Shown in pieces: positions 1 to 13,500 of a stretch of 64,000 nucleotides of DNA (the first letter of the stretch is position 1; every line of letters starts with the position of its first letter). The DNA comes from Zootoca vivipara. Taxonomy: Eukaryota. The DNA lies in NCBI RefSeq assembly GCF_963506605.1, contig NC_083281.1, forward strand, positions 32,612,001 through 32,676,000, read 5' to 3'. Both the position numbers and the translations under genes were made by a program. A model generated the notes under the pieces. That model had not been told where the DNA came from, did not search any database, and saw only the letters and a list, made by a program, of their open reading frames with translations.

Positions 1-271
1 TTAGATCTTTTCAGAAAATACAACTCACCTTTCTGAACCAAAGGCTACTCAATGCACAATCACCAATTTTAAAAAACTTTATCTAGCAGCATAATACACA
101 CAGGCCAATAAAATACATTTAATACGCTCCATGCCCTATAGCAGGTCTCACAAACTCAAAGCGACTGGGTATGATGGAATATCTCCTGCAGAATTCAAGA
201 GATTCTAGTGCAATGATGGGTTCTAATGAAACTCCCTCCTTGGGGTAGAGAATAATGAGGGCGCCCAGGCT

Positions 272-354
272 AGCAATCAAATGCATGTCTACTCAGAAGT
301 AAGCCCCATTCAGTTTAATGGAACTTACTCCTAAGTGTGTACAGGATTGCAGCT
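272..354. repeat. Short palindromic interspersed repeat (MITE-like); degenerate relatives at ~1960, ~9460, ~25675, ~28231, ~28740
   Basis: gcaatc...tactcagaagtaagccccatt..aatggaacttactcc...ggattgc fold-back. Confidence 0.6.
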
Positions 355-683
355 TATGTCTTTGTGTGACAGTCACTCAGATCCACTACAGAATGAAATG
401 TGACAGCAGATTCCATAGGAATTAATTCACCCCAAAGTATCCAACAGACCCTTATCTATAAACTGAAAGATATACTGATTTGGTTACTATGTGGTTGTAA
501 GCATCAAATATATAGCAACCATTTTAAATGGTCAAGAATATTATTTTTGAATGAGGTATGGACTCTGTCATCTGTAGGGCGCACACCACATTTTAGGCTG
601 TAAACCCATTCCAAGTATGATTAGATTAACTAGATCACATGAGGAATTCCTTGACTTCAACCTCTGTTACAATAATCCAAAAT

Positions 684-1319
684 TGTCATGCCTAGCCATA
701 AATCAGAACCATACAGATAGTTCTCGGAGAACAAACCCAACACCCTATACATCAAAGATATGGGGGAGGAGGCAAGATCCCTTGGAACAAGTGCTGAGGA
801 TCACCTGGAAGGAAACTCCAGAGGGAGATTTGCTGAAGAACCATCAGTGTTGTCAGAGGAGGAAGTAAAATCCCACCCCCAGCCCTTGAGAATGCCAGTG
901 CCAAAAGGTCCAAGTCCAGGTTGAAGAGTAACAACGCAGCATGTGTACATGGATCTAGAATTGTGGCTCAAGAATAGAGGTCTCATTGACAGCAAGCAAG
1001 ACTGGAAACAACAGCTATGGTCCAGGAGGCCACTGTGCATCAGGTTTCCCATTTGACTTGGAAACAACATAGGTGTTTGGCTTCTTGAACCTGGACCTAG
1101 TCTCCTCTGCCTGCTGTGTTGTATCCTTGCCTGGATTTGACCTGGGACTGTTACATGCCTTTGTCTATGGATTACAGTATGGTCCTATGCATGACCTTTG
1201 CTTGTTTTGGACACTGATGGAACATCATCCCAGCTATCCTTCATGAGTATCTTGGGATAAGACTTATACTTCTCTGGACGGGATCCTAGACCCTGAGGGG
1301 CACCTACTGGGGCATGACA
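684..1319. mobile_element. Probable solo LTR (Gypsy/ERV-like), ~636 bp
   Basis: 9-bp inverted termini TGTCATGCC...GGCATGACA; near-matching A-rich flanks (aaaat / aaaaa); interior more GC-rich than the surrounding intron. Confidence 0.55.
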
Positions 1320-1434
1320 AAAACCAAGAACGCTCCCTACTCACAGTACTGAGTAGGAGGGAGAAGATGAAAACCAAGGGCTTAGCACATTAAAAGTAAA
1401 AATATTATGATATGAAACAAGTATTTTCTTCTAC

Positions 1435-1522
1435 CTTGGCGTGATGAAGATCAACTCCATACATTGACAACTTTTTGGCATTCTCAAGAAATTCCAGATC
1501 AGCTTGAGCAGGAGTCATACAT
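1435..1522 (-). CDS. EPB41: EPB41 FERM exon, 88 nt ([29 protein letters not shown]); not in the ORF track
   Basis: tttctgtag|ATGTATGACT ... GCCAAG|gtagaa. Confidence 0.96.
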
Positions 1523-4500
1523 CTACAGAAATATAATGGAAAATGATACAGCAAGCCCACTATTTGGTTACTTCGCAGGGTTTTTTTTAAAAAAAATAAA
1601 CCATTTGCAGATACTACAGTACATGCATTTTATCAAAAGAAATTAAAAAATGGATCCTGCAAACCTCTTGTTTTTTAACCCTTCAATGAATTCTTTAGCA
1701 CTAGAATGGTAATTTTCTAAAATAATAATTATTATTGTTATACCACATCCTAGGAATTATCTACTTGTTACAGATTCTCCGAAAGAGGTTAGCTTTCAAG
1801 AATGTGGTTAACAAATTAAATTAGACAAACTAAAGAAGACAGAAACATATGGCCAAAAGGTACAAGAAAAATATATCTCAGATATGTGTACAATAAAAAC
1901 ATTGGAACAGTTGGGGCGTAAAAAAAGTAATAAATCAACAAATCAATAACTCAGTTAAGGTTACAAACTTATGCATGTCTCCCTGGGTATGAACTTCACT
2001 TAACACAGTGCCAGTTTCTTGAGTAACCAGGCTTAGAACTAAGCTGCAGCTCTTGAAAATTAAAAGCAAGGGCATATGAAATCACTTAAGGGAAACGACA
2101 TGCTAGGGGCAAGTAAAGTAAATATGGAGTTATGTGAACTTATGCTCAATAAGAGGCTGTTTTCTATCTTGAACTTTACTAACAAACTTCATCTCAGTGG
2201 TACAGCAAGACAGTGCTTCACAGATGCTTTGTTTAAATGTTTAAACCTCCCACCTCCTTTCTAGTCTTGCTGTGTATTCATGGAACAGAAGGACTGGTGT
2301 ATTTATAGCAATTATTCCTAACAGTATGAGACGTCTCTTCCAGCCATATGGTGCATTGAGAATTGAGCCACAATCTATTACTGAAAAGAGTTTCAAAATA
2401 CACTTCAGGGTAACTGTAACAAGTATTATTATAAAATATTTTTTATCAAGCTCAAGCATCAAAGATGCTTAGAAGTGAGTCTTAAATCACACCCAGTGCG
2501 ATGTCCCCCATCATTTTTTAAAATGTTAATTAAACATAAGTCCAATTGAAGATCCATACACAGGGGCTTGAATAATTCACAACAGTAGCACAATTAAGGG
2601 ATGCTTCACACATGAAATGTTTTGGACAAAAGATAATCTCCAATTTTTTGGGGGGGGGGCATGTTTGAAGGCCTTGAAAGTATTTTGCAAATGTCTGGAA
2701 GCTACTTCACAGAACAGAACAGGTTTCAAATACTTGTGTTCACACTTGCACGTTCTTCAAACTTTATCTTATTTTTATTTTTTTGATGCATGCAACTTAG
2801 AACAGGAGAAGCCAATATGCCCCCCTCCAGATGTTGCTGCCAGCATGGCCAATGGTCAGGAATGGTGGAAGTTGCTTCCAACAACATCTGGATGTCACTA
2901 TACTGACGATCCCCAACTTACAAGAAACAAATGAAGAAAAATCTGCTTCCTGACCCCTGACCAGTCTCAATGCTAGTCATCAGGCTTAGTTTCTAGGGTA
3001 CCAATTGTTACTGGGGGCCTGGATTTTTGCACCCCTATTCACAGTTTTCTTTTGCATAGATCCTATTTCCCTTTCCTCTAAGGCTATATTAAATTTCTTT
3101 TTAGCATATTTATTTTATTATTTCAATTTCTATTCGGCCCCTCATTCATCCAAAATCCCAGGGAGGTTTACAATATGCATCAATAAAATGAAGCTAATAA
3201 CAATGCAAACATTAAAAAGTCATATAAAATGCTAAATTTAAATTACCTATAGGTCTTATGTAGTTCCATGACCTTGTCTTCCAGTTCCTTTGTCTGATTT
3301 GGGGCGAGCTTGAATTCACTGACATAATCTGGGCTATGAAGATCTGGGTCAAAGTCTCCTAGTTCTGACTGGATTGTGTAAGAACCCAGCAAAGCTAATG
3401 TAGCAAAGGAGCAAGGAAGCCGTCCAGTGAGAATGTCTTTTCTTAGCTGGAGACACAAATAGTACCTAAAAAGGAGGAAAAGAAAGCCTCAGAATGGGGA
3501 ATTCAAATTCTGATGACAAAACAGTGGACATTGGTGCTGGCTAGCACCACAACAGAGTTCCTCATTAGAAATATGTTAGCGTGCTCCTCGCTTGGAACAG
3601 CATACCCCTACTTTCATATGACTGCAAATTGTACCAGGCCCTATGGACAGGGAACCCACATGAATAAAGTATTGTTTGTCTCTATTTAACATAAGACAAC
3701 AACAATCAGGCGAGGATGCTCATACTACACAATCTGGAACAGGCACTTGGTTATCACTACATAGCATAACACTCAGTCTCTTTTCTCCTCTGTTATTTAC
3801 AGCTGACTGATAGCAGAAAAATAAAATAAGTTCCTCAACAAGAAAATAACACTGGACCTGTACAATGAGCAAGATCCTATATCCAATAAAATGGAAGATG
3901 GGATACAGAAGCCTCTGGGTGTACAAATGGAGTAGACACTAGGTGTGCAGGGCAGCCAGCACCATATTCTTTTCCCAGGGGTTGCTGGGTTCCTCAAGTC
4001 CCTGACTGTTGCTCTGCAATTGTGCCTCCTAGCAATGAAACTAGCCTCTCGTGTCTGGGCTGGCACTTGTACACAAATTACTCCTGTCTAAGAGGTTCCA
4101 ATGAATCCTGGTTACATCTGGTAGAGGAGATGACACCTGGAGAGGGAATCCTCTTGAGTTCTGCAGCCAAGCCACCAATCTACTCAGCCTCCTCCTGATA
4201 CCTTTGGGCCACCACGCCATTGCCCGGAAAGTGCAAGATCCAGGGATACTTTCCCTAGCATGGGACATGCACCTGCAGATCCAACAGTGCAGTCAGAGGT
4301 AAGCCACTGAGCACCTGTTCTTTCCAGCACTCATGTGAATGACTGGATACTATCCATTGTTTATGGCATGTTTAGTGCTTAAAGAGGTTTACAGTCTTAA
4401 ATTTCTCATGCTCACAACTGCCATTTTACAGCCCAGTTTTCCCAAATTTTGAAAGTTGCAAGTATGAATGGGTTTGTAAGCTAGTATAAAGAACGGAGTT

Positions 4501-7500
4501 TGCTTTTTAAAGAAGGTATTACTTTTGCAGGGACACAACCTATTTCCAAGTTCTCTAAAACGCTCCACTGAGTTCCCTTATTACCAGACATTAAGTCTGT
4601 CATGTTACTAAGTTGACAAGCATTGTACCGGTAATAACTGTTTGAATTTAGGATTCCCTATTGTTAGTTCTACATACATATATGCAGGGTTGTAATTTTT
4701 TACTGATTTTACTGTTTTATCTTTCATAAGCAATTTTGAGGGGTTTTTTACAATCAGGTAGTGTATAAATTTTATGAACTAAATAAATAAATATTCAAAA
4801 ACATTGTATCACATGCTTTTCAAACACCTTTCTTTTCCAAAGCTGTTTGTCATGCGTCATAAGGTAGCTTGTCAAACAGAAATGCAAGTTTAAGAGTCCT
4901 TAGGCTTGTAGAACTAAGCACACAGTTCTCTGAATCCCTGAGTAGAGTCGTACCTCCGTTTACATAACCCTCTGGTTACGTAAACTTCGGGATGCGCACG
5001 CGGCAAACCTGGAAGTATTTTACCGGGTTTCGCCGTGCACGCATGCACAGAAGCGGTCCTCAGGTTGTGGAAACCTCAGGATCCAACCGGACTTCTGGAA
5101 CGGATCCCGTCCGCAACCGGAGGTACCACTGTATTTATCAATTGTTTTTTTAATCTTATAATTTAATTCATTATTTGTCACAATTATATCCTGCCTCCCA
5201 TTACTCTTTCCTAAATTACAATATTAAGAGCACTACAAACCTTGTTATGTCCTCTGTCAGCTGTGCTGGATCTGGAGGATAAAACTTGACATTGAAAGTG
5301 AAATTCCATGGGCCTCCTGCAATTAAAACCAGATTGGTTGTGAGCTTTCCTTTATAATATTGCTTTCAAGTAATATTAAATACTGCAATATAGATATCAT
5401 GAGATAAAAATAAACACAATGAATATGACATTGTCCCACTGGTATGTCTCACCTTCAACAAACCAAATGGTTCCCTGACATCCTTGGGATCTCCAGGTAG
5501 GAAGACTGCTGTCTGAAAACTTGATGAGCTACTGCCAGTTGGCATAGACAAAAGCTAGATGAGTTAGGTGGACTAATGGTCTGACTCAGTGTAAGACCGT
5601 TCTATGTGTTCCTCTAGTGCTATGTGTTCCTCTAGTGCAGGGGTCACCAACATGGTACCTACAGACACACCTGCAGAACTCCCTTGGCACCCATAGGTTT
5701 TCCTCCCCCTGCTGAAATAAGGCTTGAAAGAAACATTCTATTGTAGCCAATAGAATAGTTGCTTAGTTGCAGTGTGTATGTGTGTGTGTTCCTCATAACA
5801 GTTTCTCCAGTTTGCAAATGTACACATGGACCCACAGAGGTTGATAACCCCTGCTCTAGTAGATCCTGGCCCATAACCATAAGGGCTTTTCAGTAGTGGC
5901 TCCTCCACATAAATGGAACTCGCTCCATACTGACGCAAGTAAATATGAATCTCTTCAGTGAAATTTTTAACAGTGGTTTAAATTAATTTGACGAATTTTC
6001 CCCTGCTGTACTACATTATGATTTTTTAATGTTCTAGCTTTAATTTGGTATAGTTTTTATTAAATTTGTATTTGCTTCATTTCTGTACACTACTCTATGA
6101 TTGTAAACAAAAACAAACACAGCAAGTTTGCGTGTCGAGACCCCGAGGCCACCCCATCATAGATGAATGAGACACAAGGACACAGATATTCGGTTAATGT
6201 TATTGGGCAAATTTAGGCCACAACTTTATTGGTTACAGAATGTGAGTGGTATTGGCTTAGGCACTGGAATTGATCCGACTATATCTGACTCCTGCCTGTC
6301 ACACAGGGAGTCCTGTAAGGGGCAACCACCAGTAGAGCTCTCTGGCTCACAGCTTGGTTTAAATGGGTCCTGGCCATGTCCCCCCCAGCCAGCAGATTGG
6401 CTGGCTGGATCTATGACACAGCTGGGACCTCCGGGTGACGAGGGACTTCGTCCCTGCCCCCAGAGGGGAGTGGGTGGCCACATGGTCCACGGCAAGTCCT
6501 CCCCACTGGGAAGTGGAGCAGATTCATCATCCCAAAATAAAGAAAAGTTAAATCAGTGGTGGGGAACATCCAGCCTACGCATCTAACCAGGCCTACCAAA
6601 CCTCTCAGTTTAGCCCATCAGGTCATATTGGGTGGACCACACCCAGCTGTCACTCACCAGACATCAAATGTAGGGAGTGCACACCTGATTTTTCCTTTGC
6701 AGCAGTGGCTTTCATTCAGCACTGTTTAAATTTGGTGCTGGATGCAAGCTGTGTTGACCACAGGTGTTTCAACCAGAAGTGACTTGCAAGTCCACCCTTA
6801 ATTTTCAATGATGTTGCTATATTCTAAATTTAAACAATTCCTACTTTAAAAAACATAACCTATACAAACTGTCATCCTGTAGAAAAGCAACAGTTTTATT
6901 AAAAGAAAAACTACATAATATGGAAAACAGAGGACTTGCACTCTGTTTAAATTTGTCCTGATCCATTCTATCACCCTTACATGAACTCCAGCAATGCTGA
7001 GTGCTTCTTTTGATTGCATGCCAAGGCTATAAATATCTACCATTTCTTTTATAAAAAACAGACTTGAGCCACTTACCATGAACTTGTTTTTTTATCTCTT
7101 TGGCAGCATCCAACCATGTCTGCAAGAAAACAGTAGCAATTAGTCATATAGAGTCTGACAACGGTTGCAAATAATATGGCCTGAAAATGTACTGTCACTG
7201 AGTTAAGTAGCAGCCATCATTGGATGCCAATTGGGTTATTTTAGATTGCAAAAACACTGCACATAGGCTGAATTAAAATTTGATCTTTGGGGGCACTGGC
7301 ATAATCAATAGATTAGTCATTTAACTATGGACAAGCAGCCATGGTTTTATTTAGGCACAGTTAAATTTTCTCTGATAGCCAGGCTACAACAAACATTAAA
7401 TGTGGGTTTGCAATTAGCATGCATGGTTTCTTAAAATGGTTATTCAAAGCCACTTGGGGACTGATGATTATTGAGATTGTAGCAGGTGAGGAGGATAATC

Positions 7501-10500
7501 TAATCCTTTCCTCCCATGCTGTTGCCATGAACAAAAATCCCAAAAAAACCCACTCCTCTAAAGTTGTTATGTGCATTGGGAGGAAATCTCTTATTGCCAC
7601 CAAAGGAAAATTTCCTCCAGATGCAAATACAAATTCAGAGGAGTGGTTCTATCAGGACCACAAGCAGGAGAAGAAAGGGTTAAACCCCCCAACCATCACC
7701 ACCACCTGTAGCAATCTGGACAATTACCAGTGAAATGGATGGTGTCATTTTTGCTTCACACTGAGTTATTATATAGTATTTGAAAATTCATTACATAAAA
7801 GACACAGAGCTCTAGTCCATGAAAACATAGACATACCTATGCTTTTGATGAATAAAAACTAGCCTAAATCACCCCCTGGCAATAATAAAAAGTGGCAAAA
7901 TAAAACAAATTAAGAACCAGCGGAACCCAAACCTTACAAAATAAAACCTATTTACTTGGCAAGGAAACCGTAGTTAAGATGTTGCCCAGCAAGCCTCCCT
8001 AGGAAGAAAAACAAAACTATCTTTCCATTGCCAGCATTCGAAAGTTCCCAGTTCAGTCACCAAGCTTACTATTCTGTGGCTGGCAACTGGAACTGGGTGC
8101 ACATCTGGTCTTGCTGGCTCACAACCATAATATTTCACTAATATGAACTCATACAGTAATCTTGAAGATTGACATATATGAATAATCTCTTACAAGATGC
8201 TTGGTGGGGCTCCAAGTGGTTCAAAGTTCTCTGAATTTGCCTCACTTAAACAGCTTACTGACATAATGTGAGTTCAAAGTTATTTCTGCCATACTACAGC
8301 ATTAGGCAAGTTAGTAATTAGGAAAATGAATATACATATGCAGCTGTAATTGCTTCTGGAAAGTGTCCTCAAAAAACCCACTTAACTCGAAATAACTTTT
8401 AGGAACCAGTTATTTCCACACAGTGTCTGCATAGAAAACCATGGTTAATGGTTTATCATCAACACACAGACCACTCCCGTGTTGCTTCTTGCCAGTGCTC
8501 AGGAGGAACAACTATGACTCAAGGTTTGAATCGTTAAAACAAACTACCATTAGCAAGTCAAGATGAAACCTTGGCTTCGGACCATGGTTGGTTTGGAGTG
8601 AAACAAATCACGATCCCTGGTTCAGATGTAGCGCTTGTGATGTAGCACTTGTGATATTTTTGCTCCTGCTAATTAACTGGGGGGGGGAGAGATCAAAGCA
8701 AGAATGATCTGCATATTCATGGTAAACCATTAACTGTGGTTTACTACTATGTGTCAAAGTAGCCAATTTGTCAGCTGCAAAGTTTATGCTACTTCAAGTG
8801 CTTCTCTGGTCACCATTAAAAAAAAACAGCCTTGATTTTGTGATTACAACATAATATGGCAGTTCAGTGTACTGTTTATTTAATTGGGCCATACTTTTAC
8901 ACAGGGGTCAGCAAACGTTTTCAGCAGGGGGCCAGTCCACTGTCCCTCAGACCTTGTGGGGGGCCGGACTATATTTTGAAAAAATATATGAATGAATTCC
9001 TATTCCCCACAAATAACCCAGAGATGCATTTTAAATAACACATTCTACTCATGTAAAAACACGCTGATTCCCGGACCGTACGTGGGCCAGATTTAGAAGG
9101 CGATTGGGCCGCATCCGGCCCCTGGACCTTAGTTTGGGCACCCTGCTTTTACATGTCCCTGTAAAGGTATGAAAAAACCTTGGCCATAGCTTATGACTGA
9201 GAGATCTTACACCACAAATCTGTGCTCAGACTACACAATAAGCCAAAACGTGGTTTAACTGCTACACCGGGGGGTGGGGGTGGGCAGTGAGAAGCAAAAT
9301 GGGTGTGATCCCTGGGAGCCAGTGTGTTCATGCTAAGTCATAGTTTGGCTTAGCATTATGTAGGAATGCAGCTTTGCTGTCTTTAGAAAACATTTTTGTT
9401 TCTTCTGCCTATACTGTAGTTTGTTCAAATAGTGTAAATATAGTAAATACATTAATAGTGCAATCCTATAAACGTCTGATCAAAATTTAGTCTTATTGAG
9501 TTCAGTTGGAATGACTTCCCAGTTACTATTATAAAGAATTTAGCCTCTGCAAATCAGTCACTCAAAACTGCTAAGCATTTACATTTTGATAATAGCACTT
9601 TGGCTCTCGATATCAGGCAGTACAATATTATGGTACTGTGTACAGAAACTAGAATGAGGTTACCTTTTTCATTTTCACGTGACTTAAGCAGGATTTAGAA
9701 ATCAGGTCTAGTGAGGTGAAAGAATAGCCTACTTATCCCTTAAGCTCATCTTTCTTAGCCCACAACATTTTACTCTACATGTAATTGGTACAGTTATGCT
9801 TAGGTTTAATATGAAGTACTTTGCCATCATTCTTTAATTGAAGTGTTACAGAATCCATGCAAATGAACACAAAGGCCATTCATAGTAACTGTTGCGGATC
9901 TGCAATTTTGCAAGCCAGGCTTCTTTTTTTTTTGGAACATGCAAATGCTTATGCTGCAACTGTTGGCTTTGCACAGCAATAAAAAAAAAAAATCCAAACA
10001 CGGCCCTACAGTCTCTGAATGCAATCATGCATTCATAAAACTCATTCTGTCTGACTTAATCAAAAAGACAATGAGGAGTCTGGGTAATTAATGATACATT
10101 TATCCTTTTATTATGTCAGGAATCAGTGGGAAATAATGCTCTCTTACAGGAAAGCATTAAGTTCTACACAAACTCCTCCAGTGCTTCAAAGATAAACTAT
10201 TAATTCTTGCTCTCTGGGTCACAGTGGGGGGGGGATCCCTTTCTTGGAAATAAATTATTTCTCACATGCAAGAACAAAAGATGTTATTGCTGCACACAGT
10301 ACTATATACATATTTACTATAAGCTCATTAGAGTTGCACATGCACCTGTTGCATACCTGCGTACAATTCCCATATCTGTTCAAATGACCAACAAGAACTA
10401 CTCGTGAATATATGCCTTCTGTCATTGACAAAGGGGCATGGAGAGAATGGAGATAAGAGGTGCTGTCCTCAGTGTTCACTTCACGTGCAGGAATCAATCT

Positions 10501-13500
10501 AAGATCCACCTGTGGACTTCTACATTTTGCCAACAACATCAAGCTCACAGGTAAAGTAAATGGGTCCTATAATTCCTTTATTTGTACTCATTAGATTTGT
10601 GGTGATATACATAAATTGATCCAAGATTGCCATGAAAAAGATCCATAATACATAATACAGCCATCTTCAACTATAGGTGCTCTCTTCTAGGAGTCTATCT
10701 ATGGGCTGTGTGTCTTTTGGACATCCCAGAATATTCTGTCTAAAGACTCATCTACGTCTTAACCATAATATTTCCCACTCCATTTGCAACACAATGGGGC
10801 ATCCAGTTTTAATGCCATCTTTCAGCACTGATTGGATCAAAATCTCCAAATGACATTAAATTCTACAGCACAGGCTTAATTGGATAAGAATGAACAATGT
10901 AGAATGCCTCCACAAAAGATGTCTCTCCTCCCACTTCAAATACAGCTTTGCCCTACAGAGGCATTTCCAAGTTGGAGAGAGATGCTGTCCACGGTACTGA
11001 TTGTCGAGAAAATCCTTTATGTGTGGAGCATTATGTGGTTTCTGTATATTTTAGCACCTTTCAGTGTTAAAGCTAGGTTGTGCAAACTTCCATCAGTATG
11101 AAGTCAGACTAGAGAAGTAGGTATTAGCTTTTATTTTCAATATGCATTTCAAAGTTTTATTTCTGTTTTCCCAATACAATTCCTTCTTTAATTAAATGCT
11201 TTAACATACAATCCTAAGCAGGTCAACTCTCTGTTTTTGCATTCTACTTACCTTGGAGCTTGGAGTATCCCAGATGGCCAGTCCAAAGTAGTCTTCTTCC
11301 AAAAGATTGAGGTGATCACATACTTTCTTAAGAAGATCCTGCCCTTTGGCATGTTTCTGCACATGAAAAACAAATCTGTCATATGTGGTCACGTTTGTTT
11401 TGTGCATTCTAATGTTCACATCCACAGGGTCACTGTATACAGTATGTCTACCTTCCTTAGACATTGACTTGAACATCATTAGCCCTTAAAATGAACACTG
11501 ATCACTTTTAGATTGTTTCATTAAGATGGCTCACGTGGATGCAAAGAGAAAAAGGCTCTTTTGGCAGTATATTTCCATGCTGCTCAGGAAAATGTTTAGG
11601 AAATTCCTTCCATTTTAGGAACATTACTTTAGCAAAGGCAGCTTCCCCAAACAATGGTTGCTGTGGTGATGCAAATGCAGGAGTAAAGGAAGCTTTTCCT
11701 CCCTAATTAGCCCTGCTTTTGGTTTTGAATGGTTGGTGGGAAGGGAATGAAGCACTAGTAAGTATCTCCTGCAAGTGTACACATACTTACTTGCCTTATA
11801 AAAGCAAAACAGAATTGAGGACCTAAAGGTCCCCTCGTAACATCTGTTCTGTTTGACTAGTCAGCTCTTCTCTTAGAAATAAGGTCCCCCAAATCCTATT
11901 CATATTTATTTGATATGGTGGAAAGTAAGAGGCAGGTTTGTGGTGAGCGAGTAGTTCAACTTAACCAGGTAACAGGCAGGTGAATAAACAGCCTGTTTAA
12001 TCTAACCAGCAGTTCTCTAGAAGTTTGTACATGTGTGTTTGGCTAAGAGCCAAACCAATAATGTCCCCTGGAGCCCCAAACACATAAATCAGCAAAGCAA
12101 CATTCTTTGTTTGCCAAGGCTTGAATTTCTATGCCCCAACAACACCTTGCCCGTAGCAAACAGACCCCATTACAAATACTCTAAATAGCTGCTTTATACT
12201 ATCAGAAGATTGTCTATTCTGGACAGGAACAATTCTCCAGGATTTCAAACTGGGATCCTTTACTCAAAGACACTGGAAACTGAACATGGGACCTTATGCA
12301 AGGTTAGCATGTGTTCTACTACTGAACTATGGCTCCTTACCACATGCAGCAGCATGTCCAGTAGCTTCTACATCATTGCAGGAAGCTAAACCCCCTTCTA
12401 TGCTCTGCACACAGGATGAAGATCTAAAGTTTATAAACACCACACACACATAAAGCCACTGCTGTATTAACACGGAGAAGCTCATCTTACGCAATAGTAA
12501 TACCGGTAGTATCATTAGTGTTGTACATGGATGAACTGACCTAATTATACAGGATCAGTTAAGGTAACTGTTTTGCTCAAGTGGTCATGAAAACCCAACC
12601 AAGATACGTATCCGCCCTGAGATTTAACTAGGGAACCTGAGATCATATTACGGAAAAGGAAAGACTGTGATGCATCTTGACACTTGAACCCTTTCAATTG
12701 CACTCTGGAAAAATTCTATTATTATTATTAGTAGTAGTAGTAGTAGTAGTAGTAGTATTCCTGATAATGTTCTCAAATCAAGTGGGCCAAAAGTCCAAAC
12801 AAAATACTGCTACTATGATCGTCTTCTAGATATTACTAAAGCAATTTATCTTAAAACTGCAAATTGTATTCTTTAAACCAGGCATCCCCAAACTTCGGCC
12901 CTCCAGATGTTTTGAACTACAACTCCCATCATCCCTGACCACTGGTCCTGTTACCTAGGGATCATGGGAGTTGTAGGCCAAAACATCTGGAGGGCCGCAG
13001 TTTGGCGATGCCTGCTTAAACTATATTAATAAATTATGATACTCTTAAAATCATTTTTATTTTTAATAATAAAAATAGATAAAGATATGCTTACATCCAG
13101 GGAACACTCAAAAATTGTGTCATCCAGCAAAATAATCTTGCAGTGCATGTTGTTTCTGGGCCTTCTGGCTGTTTTCTGAGAACCTTTTAAGTCTTTGTCT
13201 GCTTTCACCTTGGTATTCTCCTTTTTTTCGTCCACCTGCTCTGCCTGCTCTCCTTCTTCCTTAATTTCAAGATCTCTATTTTCTGGATCTTGATCTTGAT
13301 CTTGATCTTGATCTTCTCTCCTATCTTCCTGAGCAGGCTGAAATTAATGGATAAGAGTTAGCACTTTTGAACAAAAAAACAAAAGTGGGTCTATTCTGAG
13401 TAGAACATAGAGAAAAAATAGAGCATGGCCACGAGGAGAAGCTCAGAAGGTTCTGCTTCCATTTTAGAATACAGTAATAGTACTTTAGTCTTTCTGTTTT

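Noticed and set aside
1-60. Possible start of the next EPB41 exon at the left edge
   Set aside because: No AG followed by DLEGV-like codons is visible; the exon lies outside the window
6167-6586. 139-aa ORF
   Set aside because: It lies within an LTR-like insertion and shows no gag, pol, env or other domain motifs
11357-11479. ATG-led extension ([10 protein letters not shown]...) of the 105-nt exon ORF
   Set aside because: A canonical acceptor at 11357 and no similarity to 4.1R; a chance open frame in the intron
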